Positions 1 through 13,467 are shown, counted from the stretch's first letter. The stretch is 64,000 nucleotides of DNA from Okamejei kenojei (GCA_035221665.1 CM069161.1:21266001-21330000); one strand, 5' to 3'. Notes: generated by a model from the letters alone, not told the origin. Numbers and translations: made by a program.

Positions 1-2218
1 TTTTTTGTAAACCAGTATCTGCAGTGGCCTTTTCTCTTTAAACTTAACATGATTTGAAGGGAAGGAATTCTAGATTTCCAGAAGAGATGTTTGCTGATAT
101 TATTCTTGAGTGCCCATTTTCTAGACTACTCACTCAAGGCTATCATTTTGCAATCTGCCTTGTTAAATGTTCTAATCACTCAAACACCTGAATTAGATTA
201 TGCCTTACCTTCCATCCCAAACAGTCTTTGTCTCTGTGACATCTCTCAAGTTCACCATTCGGGTGAATTGTTGCTCCACCCACTCCAAGGTCAACAAACC
301 CTTCCTGGGGTGTAGTACTCAGATAACTGAATGCATAACTAAACCCAGAATTGTGGAAAGCTGGAAGCGGTTCACAGCTCCAACTTCCCACACATGATCA
401 ATTTCCACACTTTGGTGGAGATTTTTAGGGGGACGCAGTATTAAATGCAGGCAATTCCCCACTGGAAAAGGAGAAAGCAGAATCTGAAGCACACGATGGA
501 TTTCATCAGTTTATGCGGTATGTCAACAAGTGCTGGTTGCTAAAAACTATCCTAGCTGGAGGGATTTGTGTAATTAAAAGTAAAACAATGTGCATCTGTC
601 TGGAATGGCAGCAGTTTAAAATAATTGTTAAGTTTTCTTTGTCAACAACAAATGTTCCTTCTCGACCAAGTCAAATATGTAAGGAGGCACGTACATTTAC
701 TTATTTGCAGCATTTGTTTCTTATTCCTCAATATTGCAGCCAAGACTCATTATTCTGCAGTAACCAAAAGCATATTAACTGCATTTGCATTGGAAGTAGT
801 GACAACTGCATTTGAGGAAAAATGTGGTCCTTGGATTATAAAAGATTCCAATGGTAACATTTTTATTTAAAGTACAGTTTATGAAAACTTGGAGTAAAAT
901 TACAAAATAAACTCCTTGATCGTCCTTGATTAATTGATTGCAATTTTTATTATTGGAAACATGCTGATTTGACAAGCATTGAGGGCTTCAATTTGTGTCT
1001 TTCAGAAGGAACTGTTTGCAATCCACAAATTTCCAAAAAAAGTTTCATCAAAATAATTCACAGTTGTGATTTTAATGTCTACCCTTGCAATAAATTGTCT
1101 TCTAATTATTACAGAACTCATTAAAGATACATATTGCTTGTTGTCCCCATTTAGTGTATTTAAATCATCTTGTATTCAGGCAAGGTGATACAAGGTTGCT
1201 TCCAGATACTTCATGGCAGATAACTGCACTATTTTATGTGAAATTATATCTAAATTCTTTGTTGCAGCATGAAAAGTAAGGAAGGTTACCTGGTATTTCA
1301 GAATAAACAAATTCACTGAAAAGATTTCAGCTCCATATTAGAAGTGCAGAGATCCCACCGTTGATTCATATTCTCTCTTAAACACTGTTGCAAGAATGCT
1401 GAGTAAAACTAAGAACTTTGGCTCTTTTGAAATAAAATGAATAGTGCTGAATGATGCTCCAACAATTAAAGATTCTACTAGTTCTGCATACGATTAATAT
1501 TTAATCTGATAAACATTAACCAATGAATCTATTTTGAACCATGTCATGATATACAATATATATGTAATGCAAAAATAATTGAAATACATTGCTATTTACC
1601 CAAACTCTGAAAACCTCCATGTTTAAATCAGAATTTAATTTAAAAATAATGCATCAGAATACAGATAATTTTCTATAAGAATTTGTAATCATAAATAAGA
1701 CCAGCAGAAAAGGATTTTTAAAATATTCTATTCCCACCTTATTCTTTGCTGAACTTCTAGAACAATTTGATCTGTGAACTTTAACAGGAATAGATGATAG
1801 TATGTAGTCAGTATTTCCATGTAACTAATTAGGTTTAAATGACATTTTAGATTGAATTTATTGATGATAATATAAAACGAAGGATAATGCGGGTGTATGT
1901 TAGCAATGTCGTGGTTTTACACTAGTTTACCTTGTTTTATCAATCTATTTTCAGAACTCAACCTAACTTTCAGGTTGGTTGAAGTAAAGTTTTCAGAATT
2001 ATGTTTTAATTTATTTTGCTTCAGAGTCACTTTTGGTCCAAACTACATACTAATATTCCCTCACCCCACACGTGTGGTCACGACATCAAGGATTAAATTA
2101 CATGGTGAAATTGTAATTGAAATTGGGACTGTAGTTCTGGGAATTTAGAATGTTTGAAGCTTCTGGTGGGAACTACTGGCTACGCAAGGGTTACTTAAGC
2201 AAGGAGTCCGTTTGTGAG

Positions 2219-2310
2219 GGTACACAAAAAGCTGGAGAAACTCAGCGGGTGCAGCAGCATCTAAGGAGCGAAGGAGATAGGCGACGTTTCGGGTCGAGAC
2301 CCTTCTTCAG
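2219..2310 (-). mobile_element. Short Penelope-3'-end derived insertion with intact minimal hammerhead core and 14-bp TSD
   Basis: Almost identical to the PLE terminus at 43610-43692. Flanked by agtccgtttgtgag at 2205-2218 and 2309-2322. Confidence 0.85.
2283..2310 (-). ncRNA. Minimal type I hammerhead ribozyme motif (putative)
   Basis: Minus strand CTGAAGA-A-GGGTCTCGACCC-GAAAC-GTC gives the CUGANGA box, stem II hairpin, GAAA box and GUC cleavage triplet. Activity is not shown. Confidence 0.7.
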
Positions 2311-2713
2311 TCCGTTTGTGAGAACTGTCCGCAAGCCAATTTTTCCTTGTCAGAAATTAACATTTGCAATGTAGATCAATTAACATGAACATTTATTTAT
2401 TGTTTTGGCCTGTGCAGTTTTAATAGTACAACATCAGAATGCACTACATTGAATGGCCATAAAGTGTCAATGGAGGTTACATTGTTTAATGAAGTATTTT
2501 ACAAGTGGTTTGCCCCATCAGTTTCCAAAGCAAACCTATTCATGGCCTCCCACTGTGCAGTGGCACTGCATTCTGAAAAACATTGTTTTATTTTTGAATA
2601 GTAGAGGGAGGTTGCACGCAAGTTTTTCTTTGAAGACTGGTTTGCCTTTTGAATTAACTAGCTGCTACCCTTATTCCATAATTGCTGAAGATGTTTACAT
2701 TTCTGTAACTTAT

Positions 2714-2998
2714 GGGCCTGTCCTACTTAGGCGATTTTATTAGGCAACATGTTGTTGCCACATGTTCGCTGGGAGTAGTCTTCTCAGTCGTGCAAATAGT
2801 CGTAGCGTCTTTCTGGTCGGCGCTAAATTTTTGACATGTTGAACATTTTTCGGCGACAGTGGATTTGACGCCAATGAGCGTAGCTTGACTCTCCTGATGT
2901 GGGTGCTGTCGCCAGGATGAACGTAGGTTGTCGCTGGTTTTTCGGCGACAATGACAATCGCTAGTAGTTGCCTAAAAAATTGCCAAGTGTGACAGGCC
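2714..2998. mobile_element. MITE, probably PIF/Harbinger-type non-autonomous DNA transposon
   Basis: Imperfect terminal inverted repeats ggcctgtcctacttaggcgatttt / aaaattgccaagtgtgacaggcc. CpG-rich interior with no coding capacity. A related one-ended fragment lies at about 58108-58195. Confidence 0.7.
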
Positions 2999-5900
2999 AA
3001 TGACTTTTCTATCTTGAAAGATTCTGTAAATGTTTATGGGACAATTTGTGTAAAGTTGGATTTCCATTAATCAAGTCTTCTTTAAGCTCTGTAATGGGGT
3101 TTGAGAAACATTTTATTTTGCTTGGGAAGCCCATGACTTATTCAAAACAGCCAAACAATTCAAAATAGCCACTTCAGGAAGAAAATGGGGACACACTTTT
3201 ACTTGAAGATGGTGATAGCAACTTTGGAGGTTTCTTGTGCAAATGACAATTTTGTTAAGTTTAAAGACAAGTTTAGTCCCGAGGAAGGAATTTTGTTCCG
3301 AAATTTTATTAAACGGCTAATTAGAATCCCATACACGATAATTATACATTATACTACTTTTAAATTCCTTGCCTCATTTTACTAATCGCAGTGCACTGGT
3401 GGCATTATTAATTAATTTGATCACAACTTTGCAGCTTTTAATGATTTGTTCATCCTATTACCCAAATCTGTCTGTCCCACCTATTATAAGTTCCTATCAT
3501 CGAAGGTGTTGATGCTTTCAATGGTAGGGAAGGTGGTGCCTGTGACGGACAGTGTGAGTTCACCATTGTCTGCAGCCTCATTGATTCCTGTAAATTAGAA
3601 ATGTACTACCAGACCACAATGCAAGTAGTCAGGATACTTGCTGCAATGCAACTGAAGAAGTTTGTTGGAGTATTTGGTAACATGTCAAATCTCTTTAAAC
3701 TTCTAATGGAGTAGAGGTGCTAGCATGCCTTCTCTGTGATTACATATCTGGGCTTGGCCCTTGCGTCATTTTGTTATTTGTGTATCCACAGAGCAGTTTA
3801 TTTTTCCATATCTCCCTTCATAATTTGATTTTATATTTTTACTTTGGCTTCTGTCTGGCTTAGCATCTGTACTTTTTTCCTATCTTTATCTTTTGTGCAA
3901 TTGCTTCAGTATTCCTTTGCACATCTTCTTAAAAAATGAAGAAATAATATAAAAGTATGCGCATTGAAAGTGCACTATAATGTCGCCAGCTAGGTAGTTC
4001 AGCTTCTCCAGAAATGGTGATAGTCTTCTATTTTGTGTGTCAGAACACTGTGCACCTCGGAGGGAATAAGTAAGCGGTGGTGGACCACATGACCTTGTCT
4101 TTAAGAAAAGGTCTTGGATTTGAAAAGTGCTACTGAGCATTTTGCAGTTGTTGCACACCATTGTCATGTATCGTTCTTGATAGACTAGAGGGGCCTGCTT
4201 ATATTTTCATGTTTGTGCCTTGAGTCAGACCAAACCAGAGTTTGGAGGAACTCTGCGGGTCAGGCAGCATCTGTGGAGGGAATGGACAATGTTTTAGGTC
4301 GGATCCTTCTTCAGACTCCTAATTGGTACTGATCAGACCACTTTAATATGGACTGTGTTGAGTTTCATGAGTGCTTTTGCAGTTGCACTATCCAGACAAA
4401 TGGACAGAATTGTGGCAGATTCCTGATGAAGGCATTGGAGGTTACAGATGGGGTTTGAGGTTATGAGAAGTAGATCATGTGCCTGCAAACCGTCTATAGA
4501 GTCAGTGTATTAATAATGCAGATCCAGTTACATTTTTGGTTAACAATGACCCCAAGACAGTTAGTATTGGGGAGGGAGGGGTATTGAACCCTTATTGTCG
4601 ATGGTCATTACTTGGCACTTGTTTGGCCAAAATGTTACTTTGTACTGGTCAACCCTTATAATGTCTCTGCTGCTGTCACATCTTTCCAGTAATGCAATTG
4701 CCACAAATATGCAGAACCCTCTACCTGTGATTTAAATGCGATTTCATACATTTTTAGCATTACACTTTTTTTCACGTCATATATCAAACCAATAATGAAT
4801 ATATAATTTATGCCTTTATCTATCAATTCTGCTACATTCTGGGATCTGTGGATGTGCACTCCAAGGAGATCCAGTTTATTTAAATCTTCAGTTATTGAGA
4901 ATGCATTCCCTTGTTCACCTTACTCTCTCTAAATCTATATCTAAATTTCTATGCCTATCTTTCAATAAAATGTGAAATAAGTTTACCACATGTAAAATTT
5001 AAAATATTACCAAAGCATTCATTATATGAACAACTAAATTTGTATGCATGTGATAAACATATAAAAATGATGAATAAAATGCTGTATCTGCTTGAGCTGT
5101 GCTGTACTGTGGAAAACTAATGGTAGTTATTTTGCTGCCGTGTGAAATCATCCCATAATCAACTCCAGACATCCAATTTCAAACACTGCTTAATCCTGCA
5201 TCAAAGTAATTTCAAAAGAAAATGTTCCTCCACTGCTCTCCCGCCACATCCCTCTGCTACCAAGGAACCCAATCCTCAAAAATTATATGGGAAATATGTC
5301 AAATAAATACTGCACTGCAATTAAACCTACTTTCTTTTGCAAGATGATCTGAGTTTGCAAATGTGGTTACATTCCATTTAATTTTGCAACTTCAAGATCG
5401 ACTAGATTATGTGCAATGAAATTGACTGACCAACTGAAAAGAACCGAGGCAAAAGAAGATTTTTTGGTTTCAGCCACTGGCATTGATAACATTTTCTGCA
5501 TGGAAACTGATTTGTGTTGACGTTTTGGAATCCTGATTATTCAAAAGATTGACCAAGTTATGATTGCAATGAGCTTCCTCATTCACTTCGCTGGAGAAGC
5601 CACAAGAAGGCTGACAAGAACAATATGAGAACTGATAGGTTATACTCTTCAAAAGGACACAAAAGCCTCCTTCTTTGCACACTTAAAAGCTATCGAATAA
5701 CCTGATAGAGTTGTTCAATATTATAAAAAAGCTTAATATGGTAGACACTGATGTTTCAGTTGTTGACATGGTTAGGGTTAGGAATCATAAATTTAAAATA
5801 TGGTTATAATAGATCGGAAAGGAAGTCAGGAGAAACCTCTCCACCCTCGCTGCTGTAAACATGTGATAATACTTTGTCCTTTTGAAGCAATCATTTCTCA

Positions 5901-6129
5901 TGGCGGCAGTCAGCCAACACAACTTTCCTCAAGTAATGTTGAATTCCTGCCTGAGTCACCCCGGAAACCCTGGTGTGATTTGCATATCAGGATCATGTTT
6001 AATGGACTTCTTCATCCCCTATGCAGTGTGCTTCTTGAAAGCTCTGCAAGGGATTTGGATTGAGCGGGTTTGGTGGCTATGCAGAAAGAACCAATTGAAC
6101 AGTAAAATAGGAGAATATTGTTATAATCG

Positions 6130-6455
6130 TAGCATCTATGTGGAAGGCACACAAGTAAGTATAATACCCAATACTCTGCCTGCACCAAACCCATATCCCT
6201 CCATATCAACGTGCCTATCTAAAATCCTCTTAAATGCCATTATTATATGAGCCACCACCAGCATACCTGGCAGCCCGTTCAAGGCACACATTGTTCTCCA
6301 TGTTTAAAAAAAAAAAAAAATTGCTCTCCACATTCCTTTAAACTGTGCCCCTCTCACTTTAAAGCTATACCCTCTAGACTTTGACATTTCCACCCTGAGA
6401 AAAAGGTTCTGACTGTCTACTCTACCCAATCCATGCCTCTCATAGTTTTATAGAT
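6130..6455 (-). mobile_element. CR1-type LINE 3' end fragment
   Basis: Reverse complement resembles the 3' end of the CR1 copy at 22430-22780 (tcctctagact..., ccatatccctc, tatctaaaatcctcttaaatg). Confidence 0.65.
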
Positions 6456-6774
6456 ATTTTCTGTCTTTTTGTACTTTTCGCAAACAAGAAGAACAGGTAC
6501 AATCTCACGATAGGTGATCAGCATTCCTCTGCTCCCTACAGAATCTTTTCAAATGCGTGTGTGTCGCACATCTGACGAGGCTCACTGGGTATTAGAGAAA
6601 CATGCTGCTCCAAACCACAACCCTGAATGCAATTGACTGTCTAACCAATCTTCGGGTTTGCAGTGACCATCTCTTACCCATAACAATCCTGTTTGGGACA
6701 TTTAAGGTGAATTCTGGGCTTCAGAATTTGTCTTTGCTGATGTTTTGAAGACACAGATGAGGTATGAAGGCGCA

Positions 6775-7004
6775 GGGCGGCACGGTGGTGCAGCGGTAGA
6801 GTTATGTCTGACAGCGCCAGAGACCCAGGTTCGATCCTGACTACGGGTGCTATGCAGACGTACAGGTTTATAGGTTAATTATCTTGGTATGTAAATTGTC
6901 CCTAGTGTGCATAGGATAGCGTTAGTGCGCGGGGATCGCTGGTTGGCGAGAACTCGGTGGGCCAAAGGACCTGTCTCCGCGCTGTATCTCTAAATTAAAC
7001 TAAA
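6775..7004 (+). mobile_element. tRNA-derived SINE (HE1/V-SINE-like), internally deleted
   Basis: A-box tggtgcagcggt and B-box ggttcgatcc. CR1-like 3' tail gggccaaaggacctgtctccgcgctgtatctct ending in (taaac)-like repeats. Confidence 0.8.
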
Positions 7005-7465
7005 ATAATTTCTGTGTTCCATGTTATTTTCCAGGTTTCTTTTAAGTTCCATATTAACAGATATTTTGCACAGGCTGTGCTGTTATTATATTAATATTAT
7101 CTTTGCTGTAAGCTGGAATACAAAATATACAAATACATATTTCCTCTTTGCTCGTAATTCATTTTAAATAAAGTAGATTCTCGTTCATAACTTTCAGAAG
7201 ATTGTTCAGAATTGCTTTAAAGCAACAAAAACTTGCGTCAAGAAAGTGCAATTACCTGTAGATAGATAGATTTTGATAATGAATCTTTACTTCAAATGAG
7301 TGCCATTTGAAGTAACAGTGAGAATGTTACCTTTGATTATTAAAATTGTTCAAATCTACATGGTCAATAAAATGAATTATAAACTTTTAATAGTCGATGG
7401 TTTGTGAGTCATTAGCCTAGACTGCTGCCGTCATAAGATAGAAATTAAAGAAGAAATAGAATTAC

Positions 7466-7729
7466 CTGATTAAAATGCAAAGGTTGCTCTTCAGCTTCTT
7501 TCTCATCTTCTAATTGATCTTCCTCTTCGCTATCTGGTGGCTCATCCTTCACTTGCATTGCGTCCTGTTCAAGGATTTCATCTGCTGCTTCGCTTCCTGC
7601 AGTATTGACGTTAGTGCTTTGTGGAGGTGGCTGATCCTCTTGCATGTCTTGCTGTTCACACAATTCTTCTTCCGTCTCTTCAGGATGACTTGGAGGCTGC
7701 CGAGGTTGTTCACTTGACTTGGAAAGCAT
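7466..7729 (-). CDS. hdac5: HDAC5 internal exon (acidic region): MLSKSSEQPRQPPSHPEETEEELCEQQ...VKDEPP...HFNQ
   Basis: cag acceptor at 7732-7730 and gtaat donor at 7465. 264 nt, open, phase 0/0. PRQPPSHPEETEEEL and VKDE match recalled class IIa HDAC4/5 sequence. Confidence 0.93.
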
Positions 7730-8017
7730 CTGCGTCAAACACACATGCATGAATAAATGCATGAATGCAAAATAAAGCCAACCATAAAATGAAAGAAAGG
7801 ACAGGTTTTGTTGCAAATGAACGACAATGAAAAGCAGCATATTGGTTTTGGCCCAACGTGGTCATGGCAATAAATGGTACAGCTTTCCAACTAGTTACAT
7901 TATCCTGCTCCTTGCACTCAGTATATTTCTTCAATTCTCTTTTTAAGGTGATCTTTGAATCTTTTGCCAATCATCTTAAATTTGTGCCCATTGTTACGGA
8001 TTGATTAGTTGAAAGTT

Positions 8018-8319
8018 ACAACATGGAAACAGACCCTTCGGTCCATCGAGGCTATGCTGACCATAGATCATCTGTTCACATTAATTCTATGTTATTACAC
8101 TTTAACATCCACTCCCTACACACTAGGGGCAATTTACAGAAGCCAATTAACCTTCAAACCCACACTTCTTTGGTATGTGGGAGGAAACCGGAACCACTGA
8201 AGGAAAACCCACACAGTCACTGGGAGAACATGCAAACTCCACACAGACATCATCCGAGGTCGGGATCAAACATGGGTCTCTGGAGCTGTGAAGCAGCAGT
8301 TCTACCAGCTATGCCACCC
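8018..8319 (-). mobile_element. tRNA-derived SINE (HE1/V-SINE-like)
   Basis: Minus strand has the B-box remnant, the central tgtgtggagtttgcatgttctccc...gggttttcc...ccggtttcctcccaca core typical of V-SINEs, and a CR1-like tail. Confidence 0.8.
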
Positions 8320-8959
8320 TCGTGACGCATCTGCTTATCGGAAAAGGTCTCTCCTTACCAACTCTATGAACATCCTTAACTTTTCTTTGTTCTAAAAACA
8401 CTTCCAGCTTTTCTCGTCTCTCTACATAATGCATCTTGGCACAATTCCAGCACACATTTTCTATATCCTCCAACATAACTTTGATCTCTCTCTTAGAGTA
8501 TTGTGTGCCCTGAATTGAATGCAGTAATCCAGCTAAAGTTTAACTATGTAAGAAAAATAATTAAGTATTAATAAAACTGGTCAGTTAAATGGCAATGAGA
8601 AGGTCATAAATTTAAGGTTAACAAAAGTATAAATATGAAGACAATTTGATCATGCTTAAGCCGAGTCACTCCTTGCATTTACTAGAGAATTAGATACACT
8701 TAAAACTATGAAAACACAAGAAAAAAATACAACAGACATAGTCATGGGCAGATGCCGTAATGAATCAAAAGCCACATCAAGTGGTGAACAGTTTATGATT
8801 GTCGGATTCCTTCCTTTGTCTTCCTTTATGTACTGGTTATAGTTATGCTGAAGTTTGGGCAGATTCTGATCCATTTATTGTCCATTACAACTTTCACAGT
8901 AAAACAGCACGGAAACCAGCCCTGCGACCCAACATCTACGGTGACCAAGTTGACATTGG

Positions 8960-9460
8960 GCCGGGCATAGAATTGACCAACTTTTACAGATACATTGGTG
9001 AAAACATAATATCGGGATGCATTACAGCTTGGTATGGCAACAAATTTGCCAAACACCATAAGAAATTGCAGGGAATTTTTGACGTAGCCAAGCCCATTTC
9101 ACAAACCAGTCTCCCTTTGCCCCCCCACCCCCCCCTAAAATCAGCTTCATCTACACCTCACACTGCCTTGGGAAAGTAGCCAACATAATCAAGACCTCTT
9201 CTCTCCTCTCCTATCAGGCAGAAGATACAAAAGCATGCAAGCATGTTCCATCAGATTCAAGAAAAGCTTTCATGCTGTTATCAGACTACTTACTGAATGG
9301 GCCTCCCAATTTTCCGACCCAACCCATTGTGGATCGTACACTTTTTAAAAGTTTAAACTGCACTTTGTGACTGTAAATTTGTAAATGGTGTACATTTGGA
9401 TAGCATGTCAAATAACTTTTTAATATAGCTATCGGTCATGTGATAATAATAAACAATACA
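8960..9460 (+). mobile_element. Rex1/Babar LINE 3' fragment, degraded
   Basis: Translates to LTNFYRYIGENIISGCITAWYGN...KKLQ, homologous to the C-terminus at 54927-55260. Ends in tgtgataataataaac. Confidence 0.7.
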
Positions 9461-9553
9461 ACCATGTTGCATCATCCTATAAATGTATCTTTTGTCATAT
9501 TATCATGGTAACAGATCCAAATTGGTCTGAAAAATAATATCTATAATGAGGAA

Positions 9554-9774
9554 AGACACAAAATGCTGGAGTAACTCAGCAGGTCAGGCAGCATCCCTGG
9601 AGAACATGGTTAGGTGATATTTTGGTTAGAGACGCTTCTAACCTTATTGAAACAAGTGCTTTATTCATACATTGTAAATACATCAGTCTGAAGAAGGGTC
9701 TTGACCCGAAATGTCACCATTCCTTCTCTCCAGATGCAGCCTGTCCCGCTGAGTTACTCCAGCATTTTGTGTCT
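9554..9774. mobile_element. Inverted pair of Penelope-3'-end/hammerhead units
   Basis: agacacaaaatgctggagtaactcagc (9554-) and gctgagttactccagcattttgtgtct (-9774) are exact reverse complements. Hammerhead-like core on + at 9688-9715. Confidence 0.8.
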
Positions 9775-9834
9775 ACCACTGTAGATTTAATATCTGAAAT
9801 GCTGTCCCTTCAAAGTATAACACCTTCTTCTCAC

Positions 9835-10049
9835 CTTAAGTTGTAGCTGTTGCTGGTACTGTTTCTGTTTCTCCAAAAACTGCTGGTGTTGTTGCTGCAT
9901 CACCAGCTGCTGTAGGGCCTGTGGACTCTGGGGTAGAGGAGCCGACTGGGTACGACTGAGTGGCCGGTGTCGAGGCAACTTGTTCACCGTTCGAAGACTG
10001 GTGGAAACCCTCTCACCTGTTACCAGTGGCGACTGAGCATGCAGGGGAA
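9835..10049 (-). CDS. hdac5: HDAC5 exon: (V)[71 protein letters not shown], containing the second 14-3-3 site (RTQSAP)
   Basis: tag acceptor at 10052-10050 and gtgag donor at 9834. 215 nt, phase 1/0, consistent with both neighbouring exons. Near-identical to recalled human HDAC5 around S498. Confidence 0.95.
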
Positions 10050-10142
10050 CTAAGATAAATGACAGGAATATTGTCGTTATTTCTGAAGCAACATTATTTT
10101 ATGACCAATTTGTAATTTATCACAAAGCTTTACATGCTGACA

Positions 10143-10430
10143 GTTTAGTCTCAAAATACAGCGTGGAAACTAGCCCTTCAGCCCACACCAACCAGCGATC
10201 CCCATACACTCGCACTATCCTACACACGAGGGACAAATTTCAATCTGTACCAAAGCCAATTAACCTACAAACCTGTACGTCTCTGGAGTGTGAGGGGAAA
10301 CTAGAGCACCCGGAGAAAACCCACGCGGTCATGGGAAGAATGTATAAACTCCGTACACACAGCACTTGATGTCAGGATCGAAGCCGGGTCTCTGGCGTTG
10401 TAAGACAGCAACTTTACCACTGTGCCACCC
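10143..10430 (-). mobile_element. tRNA-derived SINE (HE1/V-SINE-like)
   Basis: Reverse complement aligns by eye with the SINE at 6775 (gggtggcacagtgg..., ccagagacccggcttcgatcctgac, central V-like core, gggctgaaggg tail). Confidence 0.8.
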
Positions 10431-12097
10431 TAATGTTTAGCTTTAGAACAGAATCAATACTTTTCAATGGTCATAATGACAAAGCAGCACCCTAAAATAT
10501 GATCAATTAATCACTTCAATTTACATTTGTGTAAAATATTAATAATTGTACTTTCAGGTAAAAGGTGCTCAACTTCAGAAAGTATATTAGCATGAGCAAA
10601 TTTATTGAGCAGTTACAATATCACCTGCAGGAGCAATCCTCATTTCAATAAAGCCCAAATGCTGCACGGGTCACTGAAATGTTATGTATATCATGTGTAT
10701 TTTTTTCTAATAGTCCCACAGATCTGTGATGTTAAAATATGGAAGATGAAATGGAATGTTTTATTAAGTAGATGCTACTTTCCAACAGCAAATTGTTTCT
10801 TCAATTATATATAAATTATATGTTGGAATTTATAACATTTGGTTATCATTTTTCCTTGCACCTTTTTATTTGTATAGAAATAATAGTACAGAAACACAAT
10901 TTTGGGCTAAAGCACAAATTTTAAACACAAGCTTTAATGTTCCATTAACATGGCATATGTATTTTTCATTAATGTAGGATAGGAGATGGCAAAAAGGTTG
11001 CTTTAGATTTTCCAAATCATTTCAGAATACCTTGGTGGAATGCATGACTGAATTGGGCAGGAACATGCTGGGAAATGTTGGTAGTTCCACAGCAATATTC
11101 CAGCAGATTCTTAGCTGCATCTAATCTCAAGACTCCAGAAGGAGCTCAGCAATTGAGCCTAAATTTACTGAATTTCCCATCAGTGATGCTGAGGTATCTG
11201 CCCAAAGAACCTACGCCAGGTTAAGAGTTGCACAAGAAAAGCAAGCCTGTAATTTAGAATGGAGTTCAGCTACAAGGAGAAAGATAATTTACAACGTTTT
11301 AATGATGTTTGATTTTAATTATTTATTATTTTCATTATTTTAAAAGTGCTCTAAGTATTTTTGAACGATTTGATTTTCGATCAAATTATTAAACCGAACT
11401 GCTTAATTGTTTAAAAGATTTTGAGTGCTTCTAAATGACGGGGACGTTTTCAAAGCCTCGGAAAATTAAAAAAAACAGATGCTGGAAATCTGAAAAGAAA
11501 ACATAAAATGTTGGAAAATGTTAAGAGTTGACATTCCAGATTGAAGATCCTTAACATTGTCCCTCTTTCTGCAGATGCTGTCTGACCTGCTGAGTGTTTA
11601 AAACCCCTACCACCCCAAAGTCCTTGTTAGTTTTGCCAAGGTCAAAACTTTTTGCATGACTTTACCAATTTTTTTTTTTTTTTTGGTTTATGCAAGAGCT
11701 TCATTTGGCTCAAGGTGGTGCTGCTGTGCAGGCCTTTATCATGGGGTATCCAACGCTTACTCACGAACAGATCAATAGTATACAACATTCCACAAAGAGC
11801 ACAACATTTCTGCATAAGCCAATAGTAAATGTTAAAATAACAAGATTTCAACCAGAGATGAGGCAAGAATTCAGATTACAATAACATTTGGTTGTGTTAC
11901 CGTCATGAAAGCCCTCATAGATGAAAATAGATATTAAACAATTAAATGGCCTGAATCATTTTTGATTTTTGCATACTCTTAGCAAAACAGGCTTGCTGCT
12001 GTCATATTGATCATGTATCCAAGCAGCATTATCAGCTTTGGATTCATTTCTTCATAGTTCTTATATTGCAATAACATTTTCAAATATAACTATTCAC

Positions 12098-12320
12098 CAG
12101 CTATTAAAGCATTCTGTTGCCGAGCCTGTTCCAGTAGCAGCACATGTTGTAAAAGGGACGGGTGACTGTGAGTATTGGATTCTCCTTCAATTGCTGTTGC
12201 AGGCAAACAGGATGGTAGTGAAGTAGTACTCATGAACTTCCCTGTTAAGGCACCGCCCTGGCGCAAAGACTGAATAGCTTGTCGCTCTGCTTCTTGTTGT
12301 GCTGACATCTTTTGTGAGGG
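12098..12320 (-). CDS. hdac5: HDAC5 exon: PSQKMSAQQEAERQAIQSLRQGGALTGKFMSTTSLP...SLLQHVLLLEQARQQNALIA
   Basis: tag acceptor at 12323-12321 and gtgaat donor at 12097. 223 nt, phase 0/1. QQEAERQAxQSLRQGGxLTGKFMST is characteristic of HDAC5 rather than HDAC4/7/9. Confidence 0.95.
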
Positions 12321-13332
12321 CTATAATTAGAAAGAACAATTGACATGAACAAAACAAAAACAAATGCTTATTTCTGAATAGAATGCGTTTCCACTTATTC
12401 TACCAACTAATTGAAGGAACTATTCACTGGCTTCATTGCATTCAGCTTTGTGTACAGGAAGAAACAAAATGAATGAAGAACACAAAAGTACAGACCAGAG
12501 CAAAAACTTGCAAATAAGAAACAAAATGGGAGCGCCATTAAAATACCAACGGGTCATTTCTTTTTTTATTATTTTATCGCAGCCACATTAACACTCAGTA
12601 TACAGAGTCGCCCAGCAGAAGAATGCCACAAACTGGGTTGAGCTTATGCAAAAACATCAGCAACTGAGGGAGCTATCACTGTACACACTGTAGCTTAATT
12701 CCTGCCCTACATATGCAGATTTGCTCAATTAAGGCTCTTGAATATGAGCATAAGTCTTGAAAATACATTTTTAATACAAAGGGAAACACCTTTAAACGTC
12801 ATATAGTTTACGGCAATGGAATACGAGAAAGTCGTTTTGGTTTTCAACTGTTCATGATTACATACATTAATGGGATGAGCCGACATACGAGTTTATGGCT
12901 TGTTGGACTTGCTCTAATTCTGCAGAATTTAACAGCAGCCTTTCAAAACCAATAAACAACTGTAACATAAAACATTAGCCAGTGGTTCTAAATGCATTAT
13001 ATATTAATGTCAATGCTTTTTATTCTGTCTCTGAAATATATTTCAATGACTCTAATGGAATGGAATATGAAACAGAGTACAGTGCAACGTGCGCATTTAT
13101 GATACTCAATAGGTATGAATCTTTAGGCAGAATCAACAAAGCCCAATTGTCTTAATTTTAAGTGTTTTTTTTACTATTGATTAGTTCACTGACATTCATT
13201 CACAGACCATTTTAGGTTCAGCAGTAGCCCTTTCATTTTATATATAAAATAAGACACAGATCAAAATTAATTTGATTTTTATTCAATTCGGTTCATTTAA
13301 AGAAATGCAATTAATAAAAAACGTCTACTTAC

Positions 13333-13467
13333 ATTAATCTGTGAGTTGGATGCTGTGACTGTAGCTGGGAGCCCCAGGGAAATGTTAGGCAGAGAAGGGG
13401 ATGTGTAGAGGCTGAACTGACTCACTGACCCATCAATGTTTACTGCTTTATGATGTGGGTGCATATG
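13333..13467 (-). CDS. hdac5: HDAC5 exon: HMHPHHKAVNIDGSVSQFSLYTSPSLPNISLGLPATVTASNSQIN
   Basis: tttctgtccacag acceptor and gtaagt donor. 135 nt, phase 0/0. Contains the class IIa motif QFSLYTSPSLPNISLGL. Not in the ORF track; translated by hand. Confidence 0.95.

Noticed and set aside
6775-6845. tRNA gene
   Set aside because: A/B boxes are present but continue into a SINE body and LINE-like tail, so this is a SINE head.
1-7465. Next HDAC5 exon (third 14-3-3 site, start of the deacetylase domain)
   Set aside because: Searched by eye for R(T/A)QSSP and YD..MLKH coding on the minus strand and found none. It presumably lies beyond the window's left edge.
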